Assembly (NCBI GenBank): GCA_054600435.1 | Contig: BAAIJX010000025.1 | Location: 124,001-188,000, forward strand | Length of the DNA stretch: 64,000 bases | From: Neophaeotheca triangularis | Taxonomy: Eukaryota | Direction: 5' to 3' | In this document: positions 21,364-31,482 of the stretch, piece after piece | Position numbering within the stretch: the stretch's first letter is position 1 | How the letters are laid out: each line of letters opens with the position of its first letter | Notes under the pieces: generated by a model | Told to the model about the DNA's origin: nothing | Databases searched by the model: none | The model's input: the letters and a program-made list of their open reading frames with translations, nothing else | Program-made: the position numbers and the translations under genes

Positions 21364-24249
21364 ATGGCGCACAACGGCTATGCAAACGACGACACGCAGA
21401 ACTCGGCAGTGTCACATCTGAGTGCCCTCGATAACCCGACAGACGACTTCGATAAAGTCATTGCACAGCACGCCCGCGATGCGAAACGTTTGAACGACGC
21501 GTTGCACGGTAATATCAAGAGCAAGGCTTTCAGTAGGGCGCGACCGAGTCACAAATCACCCATGGACAGAGCGGGGGCAGCACTTCCTGGAGATAATGTC
21601 GACCGCGAGAGGCACAACAGTCTTCCTGAGCCACCAGTCAACGTGCCTAGAGAGTGGGGTACTAAGGGCACAAAGAGGGACAGATGGTTGGATCGTTTGA
21701 CGGCGCAGCAGGATGACCAACATACTGCGGGAGCGCTAGAAGAGGGAGCTACCACCCGGCATCGCGTGGACTACAATGGCGACCACAGTCCCATCGACGA
21801 CTGGGAAGCTGTAGCGGACCGTCCAATGCCATCCGTAGAAGACACACCACCGTCCATGCGGAAACATCAACAGCGCCGCTCTTCTTCACAACAATCAGTT
21901 CTGCGCCTCAATGAAGATGCTACAGGCGAGCCTTTCGACACCGACGACGAGTTCGCAGCCGCTTCCATGATTGCTTCGACCCCGGCTCTGTCGAGGCACA
22001 ACCGCAAGATTGACCAGCTTTCCCTTCTCGAGATCGAAGACATGCAGCAACGCGAGGTCGCTAAACAAGCACTTGACCAAATTTCAGAACACAGCCCAAA
22101 TAGCAACGCCCTTCGCAAATCCTCCAGCTCGCGCATCCGAGCCAGAGCGCTAGTAGATGAAACTAGAGCCGCCGCACGAGGCGCACCCGCCAGACCGACA
22201 ACAGCGCCAGGTCGAACTCCTAGCCCGAGTAAGATTCCAAAACGCAGACAAAGTCTCTACGGAAACAAGGAAAACGTTCCCGTCAACGGCGAGAAGACTG
22301 CTGGTTTCAAGGCTTCCGAGACTGTTGAGGTGGACCGTGCTACGCAAGCCGTCGGCGAGAGAAGCAAACTGCCCCAGCGTCCGGGACATGAGAGGAACAA
22401 ATCGATGAATCTGCTTAGGACGCTCGCCAGAGTTTCTTCCATGTCGCCCAGTCCTGGTAAGAACAGGGCTGAAGCGCCACGGCCGTTGAGCAGAGGCAGC
22501 AGCAGTGCGTCGGTGAAGACGCAGAGCATTCTGGCTGGACCTCACGGTTCCGATGGCTCCGCTGATAGCTCTCCTCGGAGCAACATGGAGAAGAAGGCTG
22601 TCGCTGTGGACGAATCCGATGTTGCGCCGAAGCATTCTCCGCCAGCAACACTCGAGCAGGAAGCCGATACTGCTCAAAACGAGGGAGAGGATAACACACC
22701 CGTCAAGGCACAAGAAGACGTTGAGCAAACACCAACGCGGGCCAGGCTGCCAGAGAATGCTGAGAACGGCAAGACTCCCGTAGTGGCCGGCGCTTGGGTC
22801 GACACGCAGCTTGAAATACGCCCCGACGACCAAACTACTCGAGATCAAGAAGAGCCTGCCGGCGTTGCAATTCAAGACTTCTCACGGCCGACCACACACC
22901 CCGACGAGCCTCAGTTGCGGAAGCTTAGCGAACCCAACCTCCCCAAGTCAGCTCTGGAAGCGATCGTCCAACAAGACCGAGAGGCAGCCGAGCATCAATA
23001 CGGCGACAGTACCATGAATTCGCTCGAAGGCATCATACGACAGAACGGCGACGAAACTGAAGTCGAAACGACTTTCGACGTCGAATCAACAGCCCAAGAA
23101 ATCGTCGAGGCTCTCAACGCCATTGACGACGGCAAGCCGCTCACGCAGGCTGAGAAGGACAGGCGTCAAGAAGATATGGCAATCGATGCGATGAACCGCC
23201 ATCTGCGCCTGGCTCGTACAAGTGTCAAAGAGGCTGATCGCGGCATGCGACGATTGGAAAACCGCGTCGACCATTTAGACAACGCCGTATTGACAAAGGC
23301 AAAAGCCGACGACAAACCGACTACGCAGATAAGCACTAAACCGACCACACAACCACCGTCCTCCACCACGCTCGTCGCGCCACCCAAAACCAAAGACCAC
23401 TGTCCCACTTGTGGCCACCGCAACGGCAGTGCTTGGCGCGCCCTCTGGACCGAACTAACCTCCTGCTTCTATACCACCTCGCCCAGCAGTCGCATTGGCA
23501 TCCGCCTAACCACCCTCGGCCTCATAACCCTCCTAACCCTCCTCTGGTACCTCCTCGAGACCACCCTATGGTATGCCTCCAACACCTCTCCCACAGCCCG
23601 CTTCCGCGAACCTTTTCCTACAACCTCCCTCCCCCGCCTCCTCGTCCGGACCACAGCAATAGCAGCACTAACCTTCCTCCTTCCCACCAGCTCCTACTAC
23701 TGCCACCCTCTTTACGCAAAAAGCATGTGCGGCTCAGGCTGCGACCCGGACGCTCCGCGCTATCCTTTTGTTTTGCCCACGTTGCTATTCCGCCCAGTCC
23801 GCTGGCTTTGGCGTCCCGTCTTGGATTCTGGTTTCGCGTGGTGGTCGACGTTGGCTCCGGATTGGGGGTATAAGTTTTGGCACCCGGAGTTGGGGTATGC
23901 AGAAAGGGGTCCGGAACCTATTGGTGGGTGGCCGAAGGGTAGTGGCGGTGGGAGGAGTAGAGGGGAGTTTGCGGGATGGAAGAAAGGGGAGGCTGGTGGG
24001 TTTGGGTCTGCGGGAGGGAAGTGGGGGGAGAGCGGCGGATCTTTGCGTGCGGAAGATGGGCTGAGTGCTGAGGCGGCTGCTGCGGGTGGTGATGGGGTGG
24101 GGAGTGGTTTCGAGTGGGGAAGCAGGGTGGCTGCTTCGGCTGTTGGCACTGCTGCTGCCGCTGCAGCCGAGACGACTAGGAAATTCGCGGAGAGTTGGCG
24201 TGACGCCGTGGATGAGGTGGGGAGTATGTGGGATGATGAGCCGGTTTGA
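21364..24249 (+). CDS. Hypothetical membrane-anchored protein: long disordered region, coiled coil, CxxCxH, TM helix
   Basis: 961-codon ORF with a probable intron at 23571-23690 (GTATGC...CTAAC...CAG). Splicing joins LLETTLC-SYYCHPLYA...DAPRYPFVLPTLL. Confidence 0.75.
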   Translation: MAHNGYANDDTQNSAVSHLSALDNPTDDFDKVIAQHARDAKRLNDALHGNIKSKAFSRARPSHKSPMDRAGAALPGDNVDRERHNSLPEPPVNVPREWGTKGTKRDRWLDRLTAQQDDQHTAGALEEGATTRHRVDYNGDHSPIDDWEAVADRPMPSVEDTPPSMRKHQQRRSSSQQSVLRLNEDATGEPFDTDDEFAAASMIASTPALSRHNRKIDQLSLLEIEDMQQREVAKQALDQISEHSPNSNALRKSSSSRIRARALVDETRAAARGAPARPTTAPGRTPSPSKIPKRRQSLYGNKENVPVNGEKTAGFKASETVEVDRATQAVGERSKLPQRPGHERNKSMNLLRTLARVSSMSPSPGKNRAEAPRPLSRGSSSASVKTQSILAGPHGSDGSADSSPRSNMEKKAVAVDESDVAPKHSPPATLEQEADTAQNEGEDNTPVKAQEDVEQTPTRARLPENAENGKTPVVAGAWVDTQLEIRPDDQTTRDQEEPAGVAIQDFSRPTTHPDEPQLRKLSEPNLPKSALEAIVQQDREAAEHQYGDSTMNSLEGIIRQNGDETEVETTFDVESTAQEIVEALNAIDDGKPLTQAEKDRRQEDMAIDAMNRHLRLARTSVKEADRGMRRLENRVDHLDNAVLTKAKADDKPTTQISTKPTTQPPSSTTLVAPPKTKDHCPTCGHRNGSAWRALWTELTSCFYTTSPSSRIGIRLTTLGLITLLTLLWYLLETTLWYASNTSPTARFREPFPTTSLPRLLVRTTAIAALTFLLPTSSYYCHPLYAKSMCGSGCDPDAPRYPFVLPTLLFRPVRWLWRPVLDSGFAWWSTLAPDWGYKFWHPELGYAERGPEPIGGWPKGSGGGRSRGEFAGWKKGEAGGFGSAGGKWGESGGSLRAEDGLSAEAAAAGGDGVGSGFEWGSRVAASAVGTAAAAAAETTRKFAESWRDAVDEVGSMWDDEPV

Positions 24250-24597
24250 GTGATGGGATTGGGGTCGAAGATGAGGGGGTTACGAGGCACTTTTGGAGAT
24301 CGCGTTTTGGTGTCTTGGGCGAGCGAGCGAGTTTGGGAGTTTCTGCGGTGTTTTTTTTGTAGTTTTCAAGGGACGTCAATTGGTTGGGTATGAATAGCAC
24401 AGGCAGCGTTGGCAGTGTATGCCATGGACATAGTACAGGAAACCTTCATGACGCTTGTATTACACGGAACAAACCAATAACGAGAAACGCGTGGAAAGTG
24501 CTCCGGGCTCGTCAACTGTTGTTACACTGCTACACGTTGGGCCTTCTCGCAGCCGGCTGGGTAGCAATCCTCCTCAAGAAAGCCTGCTTGTCATACT

Positions 24598-25346
24598 TCA
24601 TGGATCTCTGTCTGCGCCGCCCTGACCTGCTCATTCGTAGAAAAAATCGTTAGCGAGAGTTCTCTCTCGGCGTAGGAGCTTACATTGAGTCCCGCTCAAG
24701 ACATGAGCTCGACAAGGGTGTACGCCACGGCGCCGACGGCACCCGTGATGGGGGCGGCGACGAACCACAAGAACAAGGCGCCGGGGAGGTCGAACTTGGG
24801 GGGAGGAGGGGGAGGGGCGTTCTTACCAGCCCAAAAGTTCTTGCCAACGGTCTGGTCCTTGCCGGAGGTGTCCTTGGGTGCGCTACTGCTGGCCTGCTGG
24901 TCGTCGGCCCTCTCAGCTCGCTGGCCAAAAGCCTTGTTGTGCGCCTCGACGTCGGCGCCGCCCTTGCCCTCACCCTTGGCTGCCGCATTGCCGTCGGGGT
25001 CGAGGATCTTGGGCTGCGCGCTGCCGGCCGCCGAGGAGGGCTGCGTACCTTTGTTGTTGTTGTTGGACTTGTTGGAGTTCTGTTGTGATTGCTCCGTGTT
25101 GTGCCCGTCCGAGGTGCCCTTGGTGGGTGTGCTGCCGCTGTTCTGGCCGGCCGCCGGGGGTGGGGGGCCCGGGTGCTCCTTGTCGGCCGAAGGGTTAGGA
25201 CCTTGGGATTGCGGGTTCTCGCCCTTGGGGTCGCCGGAGCCGGAACCGTAGTCGCCTGTGGCATAGCGGCGGGAGGCTAGTTGGGGAGTGAAGCGAGCAG
25301 TTGGGCGGAAGAGGCCGAGGCGGACGGTGCGGACGGTAGACATCAT
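24598..25346 (-). CDS. Hypothetical mitochondrial protein (182 aa spliced; 216 aa if the intron is retained)
   Basis: Arg-rich, acid-free presequence MMSTVRTVRLGLFRPTARFTPQLASRRYA and motif DYGSGSGDPKGENP..EHPGPPPP. Intron 24627-24826 (GTAAGA...CTAAC...CAG) gives the end FWAGQGGADRDP*. Confidence 0.8.
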
Positions 25347-25892
25347 GATTGAATTTCTTAGGTCGGTAGTGGTAGGGTTTGTTGGATGGTTGTGAGGTTG
25401 GTAGGCAGTATTGAAGAAGTGTGAGTTGTGAGGTGTAGTATGTTGAGAGGGGAAGGATGAAGGTGGTAGGTAGGGTAAGGTAGGTAGTGTTGTGGATTGG
25501 AGGGATAAGCTTGCTCTTCAAGCTTCACTTGAGGTATGAGATGCGTGAGGAAGCAGCTCCAAGCTTTGGCCAATGACGTGTGCAAAAACGCAGATCGGTC
25601 ACCTGGGTATTGCAGATACCCGACGCGAGATGAGATCCAATACGATCCATGCCAATGTTCCATATCTCATAAGAACACCTCATTCATTTTCCGACGACAG
25701 ATGTTGGCGGAACTAGTCAGATAAGCATAAAATTCAAAGCAAGGGTATCTAAAGTAAAGTATCAAGCGAACCTCTCCTTTCCCCCACCCGACTCCCGTGA
25801 CTACTCCAACATGGTGATTCAACAATTGATGCCCGCGCCCCCCTTCCCAAGGCCAGATACACCACCTTGTATACAAAACATGACCTCATGTC

Positions 25893-27281
25893 TCATCCCT
25901 CGATTCTAGCATGCCGAAAATATTTCATACCCAGCCAAGCGACAGTAATCCAAATCCACGCAACAACACCACTCAATACAATTAGTGCCGGGTAGTATCC
26001 TACGATCGGCAACGTGGCATCGTCCTCCAGTTCCGGCGGCGCGTACGGCGTCTCACCTACATCCCACGCCCAGCTCCACACACCCAGACACGAGCCCATG
26101 CCAACAGTGAAGACTATCCACGTCGAAGCGAGGATCACGTATCCCCAGTAGGCCGTCTCGGTGTAATCGTGAGGTTCAGGCTCCGGGCTGTAAGCTAGAG
26201 GCGAGGTGGCAGCGAGCGGAGAATGCGAGGACTTGCGTTTCAGGGCTGATTTGCGGGTGGCGGTGCTGTGATGACGCGTTGGGATGGAAAGCGCCGAGGT
26301 CGAAGAGGGGAAATATGACGAGGCTGTTGAAGAAACTGGAGGAGGCGCAGTTGTAGTCGGGTGCGCAATCGTCAAAGGCTCTTCTTCGTCGGTTGTGCTG
26401 GTGTAGCTTGTTTGGCTGACAGGGGACTTGAGATCTAAGGGCGAGGAGAGCGTGGGCTCGGTCTCGTCGCCTCTGGGCTTCTGCACGCGTTCGTGGTCGG
26501 TGATTAGAGCCAATCTTGCCGTAGTAACGGCCGGAACCTCCGAAGACCGGTGACTTTCGCTACTGTTGGCTCCTCGTGTAGTTTCGTAGCCAAGCTGCTG
26601 CCGTGCAAATTCCCCCGTGTGATCCTCGCAATGCGCGGTTGGTATAGAGGAAATATCCGGGTCACTGGCCAACGATACGGGTACGATGGTAAGCGGGGTT
26701 GAAGCCTGCGAAACGGGCTGCTGAGGCTGCTGTGGTGAGGCAGTCCGCTGCAAGGGGCTATTCTTCTTATCCTTGCTCTCGTTGGTAAAGCGCCTCCCAC
26801 CCAGCAACGCCGTTTTCCGCAGCGACCCTTTTCTCTTGCGCGATTTGCCCTGTTGCAATGCTTCTCCCAAGGCACCCCCGTTGCCCTCCTCCGGAGAGAC
26901 AGGGGATACTATGGCCGATTCACACTCTTCGAGGTCCGGGAATTTGAAGCTCTGCGCTGACTTCTCCTTGTCTCGAGAAGATGGGCGCTCCCTCGATGGA
27001 GGCCTCCCATCCTCTCCGGAAGTTCGCAAGAAGTTGAGCTTAGCAAGTATGCTTCCGGAGACGCTTCTTTTGTGACCGAGGGATGGCTTAGGACTCGATG
27101 ATTTGGGAGAGGGTGTTGAGCACGGTGAGGTCGGCGTCGGAGGGGCTGCAGCAGGAGACCATGGGAATCTCATCGTACCAATGCCACCACTGATTGGGCT
27201 GCTCTTCTTGACGGTGTCATTCTGTTCGAGCGGGCCTTGGTCGTCGTTGCTGTTGGCCAATGTGCCAGGCGCATCTTCCAT
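25893..27281 (-). CDS. PIG-Y/Eri1-like domain protein (GPI-GlcNAc transferase subunit Y) with a long disordered N-terminus
   Basis: C-terminal two-TM module WGYVILASTWIVFTVGM...YYPALIVLSGVVAWIWITVAWLGMKYFRHA. Start assumed at MEDAPG (27281). Confidence 0.75.
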   Translation of the reverse strand: MEDAPGTLANSNDDQGPLEQNDTVKKSSPISGGIGTMRFPWSPAAAPPTPTSPCSTPSPKSSSPKPSLGHKRSVSGSILAKLNFLRTSGEDGRPPSRERPSSRDKEKSAQSFKFPDLEECESAIVSPVSPEEGNGGALGEALQQGKSRKRKGSLRKTALLGGRRFTNESKDKKNSPLQRTASPQQPQQPVSQASTPLTIVPVSLASDPDISSIPTAHCEDHTGEFARQQLGYETTRGANSSESHRSSEVPAVTTARLALITDHERVQKPRGDETEPTLSSPLDLKSPVSQTSYTSTTDEEEPLTIAHPTTTAPPPVSSTASSYFPSSTSALSIPTRHHSTATRKSALKRKSSHSPLAATSPLAYSPEPEPHDYTETAYWGYVILASTWIVFTVGMGSCLGVWSWAWDVGETPYAPPELEDDATLPIVGYYPALIVLSGVVAWIWITVAWLGMKYFRHARIEG

Positions 27282-27808
27282 GTCCGCGTCCAATCCATAT
27301 ATGCGCTTGCCGCCGGACCGCTCACGATAGCATGCTGATTGCCGGATAACAGGGATGTGATACCACACAAATAACGACCAGATACGAGGTAATACGACGA
27401 CTCGAGCACGAAGGTCACGGCAAGTGTAGCAAAGCGATGCGTCGGGCGGTGACGAAAGGCGGCGGCCAAAAGACAGTCAACTTTCAAGGTTTGGCCGCGC
27501 ATTGCCAGATGCGGCGGCCCGCCATGACTAAGCAGTCAGCGTTCACCTGGGCTATTCACGTGGCAGTTTCACATGCAGGGGGTGGGGGCCATTCACGCTT
27601 CACGTTTCGTCCCAGATCCACCACTGTCCACCTCACATGGCGCGCGATAGATAACACGTGAGATACCCATTCACCTCCCTTCTACCCTAGTAGGTACTCA
27701 CGCATACCATATGCGTTCACGGGCCAGCATCGCATACAGTAAAACCTACCAATCCCAACTAGCCTCCTCCATCTTCTTTGCAGTCTCTTAGAACAAAGAA
27801 CTGCAACA

Positions 27809-29323
27809 ATGGCCTCCAATATGCCTATCCCAGAACCTCCACGAACGCCGACTCCTCCCCTCGACAATTCTCCTCACGACTCCTCCGAGGGCGAGCAATA
27901 TGGACTTGGCCTATCCGGTTCTCATATACCTTCACCGATCAAGGTAAACTCCGACTCCGACGAACGAAACGGCCATGGTACAGACGGCATACCGCAGACA
28001 GGGACGACAGACACCTCGGCGAGCTTCCTATCGCCTACAAGTGCTTCTTTCTCCTCTGTAGGCGGGCTGAGTCCGCAAAGCAGCCTGTATAGTCCAATTA
28101 CACCCCAGACTGGAAGCCTGGACGGCGCGTTTCAAACAGCTCAAGGGCAACGGAACCCCTTCAATTTTACAACACAACAATACACGGCGGGCGGCCAAGG
28201 AAACATGGCTGCGCAGAGCAGAGCAGGTGACGCTCTGGGCAAGCGAAGAGGGCACAAATACCGCCATTCTTCAATACATACTTCCCACCAGATCTTCCAA
28301 ACTCCAACTCTACGAACACCTCTGGCTGTTCCCCAGGCTCTCCCTATGCCTACGCGCAAGGAAGCCTGGTGGAGCATGACGACCGATCAAACCCTGCGTC
28401 TCGCCTGGTGTTGTTGCCATTTCCTTGTTGCCGGCTACGTCCAATTTGCAGGCGCTGGCTCCCTCTCCATGACTGCACTATCGCGGCTTCTGCTTTTCGA
28501 CGCAGCAGGGGCTGTCGTGTGTGTCGTGGTGGATGTAATGGGCAATTTTGAAGTGTGGCAGCGCAGCTCTATCAAGCATCCTTTCGGACTTGAACGAGCA
28601 GACGTCCTTGCAGGTTTTGGCATGGCCGTCTTCATTGGCTTCATGGGCCTTGACATCCTCTCTCATGGTATACAGCACCTGCTGGAGAATGTTGGCGACC
28701 ATGAAGCACATTCTGCCCACGGTCACACACGCGTAAGCGCTGGCCAAGTGGACTCTGCAGCTCTACTCGCCATGGTCTCGACCCTCTTTTCCGTTTTACT
28801 GCTCAAGAACCACGCTCGAATAGGCAGAGCCATGCGTGTGTCACTGCCAGGCCGCGTCGGCGATATCCTAGGCAACCCCTCCCACTTGCTCACTTTATCT
28901 TGCTCCGTCCTTCTTCTCGCACTCCCATTCCTCAGCCTACACACCTACAACTGGTTCGACGCCGTTCTATCCTTCACCATAGCAGGGCTGATGGTTGCAT
29001 TTGGCGTGCGGCTCGCCACATCGCTAGCCAGCATGCTTTTGATGTCGTACAAGCCCTCAGACTACGATCCTAACGCGGTCCGCGATTGCATCTACGACAT
29101 TGAGACCGATCCAGGTGTCAGCTCGGTCGACGAGGCGCGGTTCTGGCAAGTACATTACGGGCTTTGCATGGCGAATTTGAAGCTGAAGTACAGGGATTTG
29201 GGCTATGGAGAGGACATGACGAGGATTAGACAGAGGATTATGAGCTTGGTAAGAGAGAGGCTAGGTGGTACGCAAGGGGTGCGCTGGGATGTCAGTGTGC
29301 AGATGACTTTGGATGTGGATTGA
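27809..29323 (+). CDS. ZRG17: Cation diffusion facilitator, Zrg17-like zinc transporter subunit
   Basis: RRGHKYRHSS, HPFGLERADVLAGF, His-rich loop HEAHSAHGH, several TM helices and C-terminal FWQVHYG. Confidence 0.8.
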   Translation: MASNMPIPEPPRTPTPPLDNSPHDSSEGEQYGLGLSGSHIPSPIKVNSDSDERNGHGTDGIPQTGTTDTSASFLSPTSASFSSVGGLSPQSSLYSPITPQTGSLDGAFQTAQGQRNPFNFTTQQYTAGGQGNMAAQSRAGDALGKRRGHKYRHSSIHTSHQIFQTPTLRTPLAVPQALPMPTRKEAWWSMTTDQTLRLAWCCCHFLVAGYVQFAGAGSLSMTALSRLLLFDAAGAVVCVVVDVMGNFEVWQRSSIKHPFGLERADVLAGFGMAVFIGFMGLDILSHGIQHLLENVGDHEAHSAHGHTRVSAGQVDSAALLAMVSTLFSVLLLKNHARIGRAMRVSLPGRVGDILGNPSHLLTLSCSVLLLALPFLSLHTYNWFDAVLSFTIAGLMVAFGVRLATSLASMLLMSYKPSDYDPNAVRDCIYDIETDPGVSSVDEARFWQVHYGLCMANLKLKYRDLGYGEDMTRIRQRIMSLVRERLGGTQGVRWDVSVQMTLDVD

Positions 29324-29502
29324 AAGGTTGTCCATAGTCCAGTACACATGTTCACGCCCCTAAAATCACGTGATACCGCGTTGCGTCACTGCAGCAGCCT
29401 GGACGGAACCTGGAAGCTTTGAGGTTCCGAATCCGAGAATACGTGCTACTTTGCTGCACTTCACTTCACCAAACTTAAACACTATAGCAACTTTTTGAGT
29501 AG

Positions 29503-31470
29503 ATGTCCGCGCCACCGTTCAAACGTCCACGTCTCTCTGAAGAATCCGAAACATCAGCCAACATGTCAAACTCCGCCGCCATATCCTCACGGTTGCAAAG
29601 CCACTTGAGTGAGGTCGAAGCCAACCCTTCCACGCCACTGGACCAGCGACTTTTGGAAGAAGCCGAAATAGTGCTCTCTGTTTCACCTCTAGAGCAACAA
29701 GAACACTTCACGGTCGTCAAACAACTCTCGACGCTCCTCCCACAGCTACAGCAAGACCCTACCACCGCAGCCAGCCTACTCACTCGCTTGCTCGAGCCCT
29801 TCTCATTTGGAGATATTCTATCCTTTGACCCCCGTGTGGATTTTGCCGCCGGTTTGGCTGTAGGTGAGGACGATGGCGCCTCCATGGAACCATACAGCCG
29901 CTTGATGCTGTCCTTACTGGAAAAGGCCACTCGATCATCCGCGGATGCTGCAGCTGTTGCGGCGCAGCCCGAGGTTCTACGTGCGCTGGTTCGACTATGG
30001 CTCTGCACATCTGTTGTCGGTGTCGCGAGCCGTTCATCAAAGTTTCTTTTAGACCTTCTTAGGATCGACCAGATCGTTGTGACAGATCCGGATGCCGCAG
30101 TGCCAGAAGGTGGTGGCCAAGGTCTTGTCTCGAAGCGCATTTTTGGTGATCGAGACGTTTACGGGACGATTTTTGAAGCGTGCTCATCCAAGGGGCCTTC
30201 GTCGTTCAAAATGGGCAAGAATGCCAGGACGCTTGCTCAGAGTCGGTTCATGGAGTGGTTGCCTACTGTTGCTGCTCTTGATTGGAACGTAGTTACCAAG
30301 AGTCAGCATCCGGACGTCGAGGCAAAGTTTGCTCAAGACGGATCACCGATGAGCCTTCTCGATTTTGCAGCAGTGCAAATGGTCGATTATGAAGGGGATG
30401 TGTTGATGCATCGATGCTTGATTGATTTCTACTCTGACCTCCTATTCACCACGGCGGGGCGAGGGCCGACTGCAGCGATGAGTGAGAAGTCTCCTGCGTT
30501 GGCTTACCTGGATGCGAGAGGTTTGCATAATAGGACGAGCATGGTTTACCTGCAACTCCCTGGCACTCAAGTCGATCCAGTGGATGCCATGTTCTTGTAC
30601 GGCCCTGCCGGCAACTACATTGCCACCTACGCCTCGAAGTTCTCTCAACGCTTCACTGCCAGCCCGATGTTGAAGCAGGTGAAGGATCGTCTGAGTGCAA
30701 CCCTCAGTCTCTCATCCTCGCGATGGGCTCATCAAGAATCGCCAAAACACGATCTCCACGTCCTGGCTAGCCTTCCACGAGCGGCACTGCTACCGGGCGA
30801 TAGCGGCTGGGCATCGAGCCCACTATCACTACTACCATCAAAAGCGACCAATCCAGATGTGCTCCTGACTCTGGCCACGATATTTCACGGGCCCGAAAGG
30901 GAGATTTTGACGTTCCCTCCGACGTCTCCTCTAGCCGGCCTAGGTGATGACTCGACTCGGAAAGCAGAAGCCTCTGCTGCCAGATCACTCTACTATCATT
31001 ATCTAGCAGCCAATCCACGCTTCTTCGCCAATATTGCAACACACGCAGATACGGTTGCACTCAAGGATCTTGCACTAGCAGCAATCACCTGTCTCGCTGC
31101 AGTGATCACAGCCAACTGGGCTACCGAACCTGCTCCTCTACCAACGACCATAGCCACCCCGGAAAGCGGACACCTTGCCATCTTGGCACCACCAGCGCTC
31201 GAAGACACCCTCCCGTACCTACTTAAGCCAGCGCAGTCTTTTGCAAACCTGGTAGGCGGTCGAGGCGACAGCGAAAGCGCAGCGTACAAGATTGCGTCTG
31301 CAAAATATGACGCATTGAAGGCTATGCAAACGCGCCTTCGATATCAAGTCGATCGAACGCCTGGGGAGGGCTACGAGGATATACTCGCCACGGTTGAGAA
31401 GAAACTGGCCGAGGGCCCACTGAACAGGGAGGGAGAAGTCGGAGGCAACGTTGGAACTTTGGAACTGTAG
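29503..31470 (+). CDS. Hsm3-like ARM-repeat proteasome assembly chaperone
   Basis: 655-aa Leu-rich helical ORF with LVRLWL, KRIFGDRDVY and TLAQSRFMEWLP, resembling filamentous-fungal HSM3_N proteins. The start may be 29563. Confidence 0.6.
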   Translation: MSAPPFKRPRLSEESETSANMSNSAAISSRLQSHLSEVEANPSTPLDQRLLEEAEIVLSVSPLEQQEHFTVVKQLSTLLPQLQQDPTTAASLLTRLLEPFSFGDILSFDPRVDFAAGLAVGEDDGASMEPYSRLMLSLLEKATRSSADAAAVAAQPEVLRALVRLWLCTSVVGVASRSSKFLLDLLRIDQIVVTDPDAAVPEGGGQGLVSKRIFGDRDVYGTIFEACSSKGPSSFKMGKNARTLAQSRFMEWLPTVAALDWNVVTKSQHPDVEAKFAQDGSPMSLLDFAAVQMVDYEGDVLMHRCLIDFYSDLLFTTAGRGPTAAMSEKSPALAYLDARGLHNRTSMVYLQLPGTQVDPVDAMFLYGPAGNYIATYASKFSQRFTASPMLKQVKDRLSATLSLSSSRWAHQESPKHDLHVLASLPRAALLPGDSGWASSPLSLLPSKATNPDVLLTLATIFHGPEREILTFPPTSPLAGLGDDSTRKAEASAARSLYYHYLAANPRFFANIATHADTVALKDLALAAITCLAAVITANWATEPAPLPTTIATPESGHLAILAPPALEDTLPYLLKPAQSFANLVGGRGDSESAAYKIASAKYDALKAMQTRLRYQVDRTPGEGYEDILATVEKKLAEGPLNREGEVGGNVGTLEL

Positions 31471-31482
31471 GGATATGCCAGC

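Noticed and set aside
29364..29373. ATCACGTGAT palindrome (bHLH E-box) upstream of the Hsm3-like gene
   Set aside because: Plausible site, but a single common motif with no supporting evidence.
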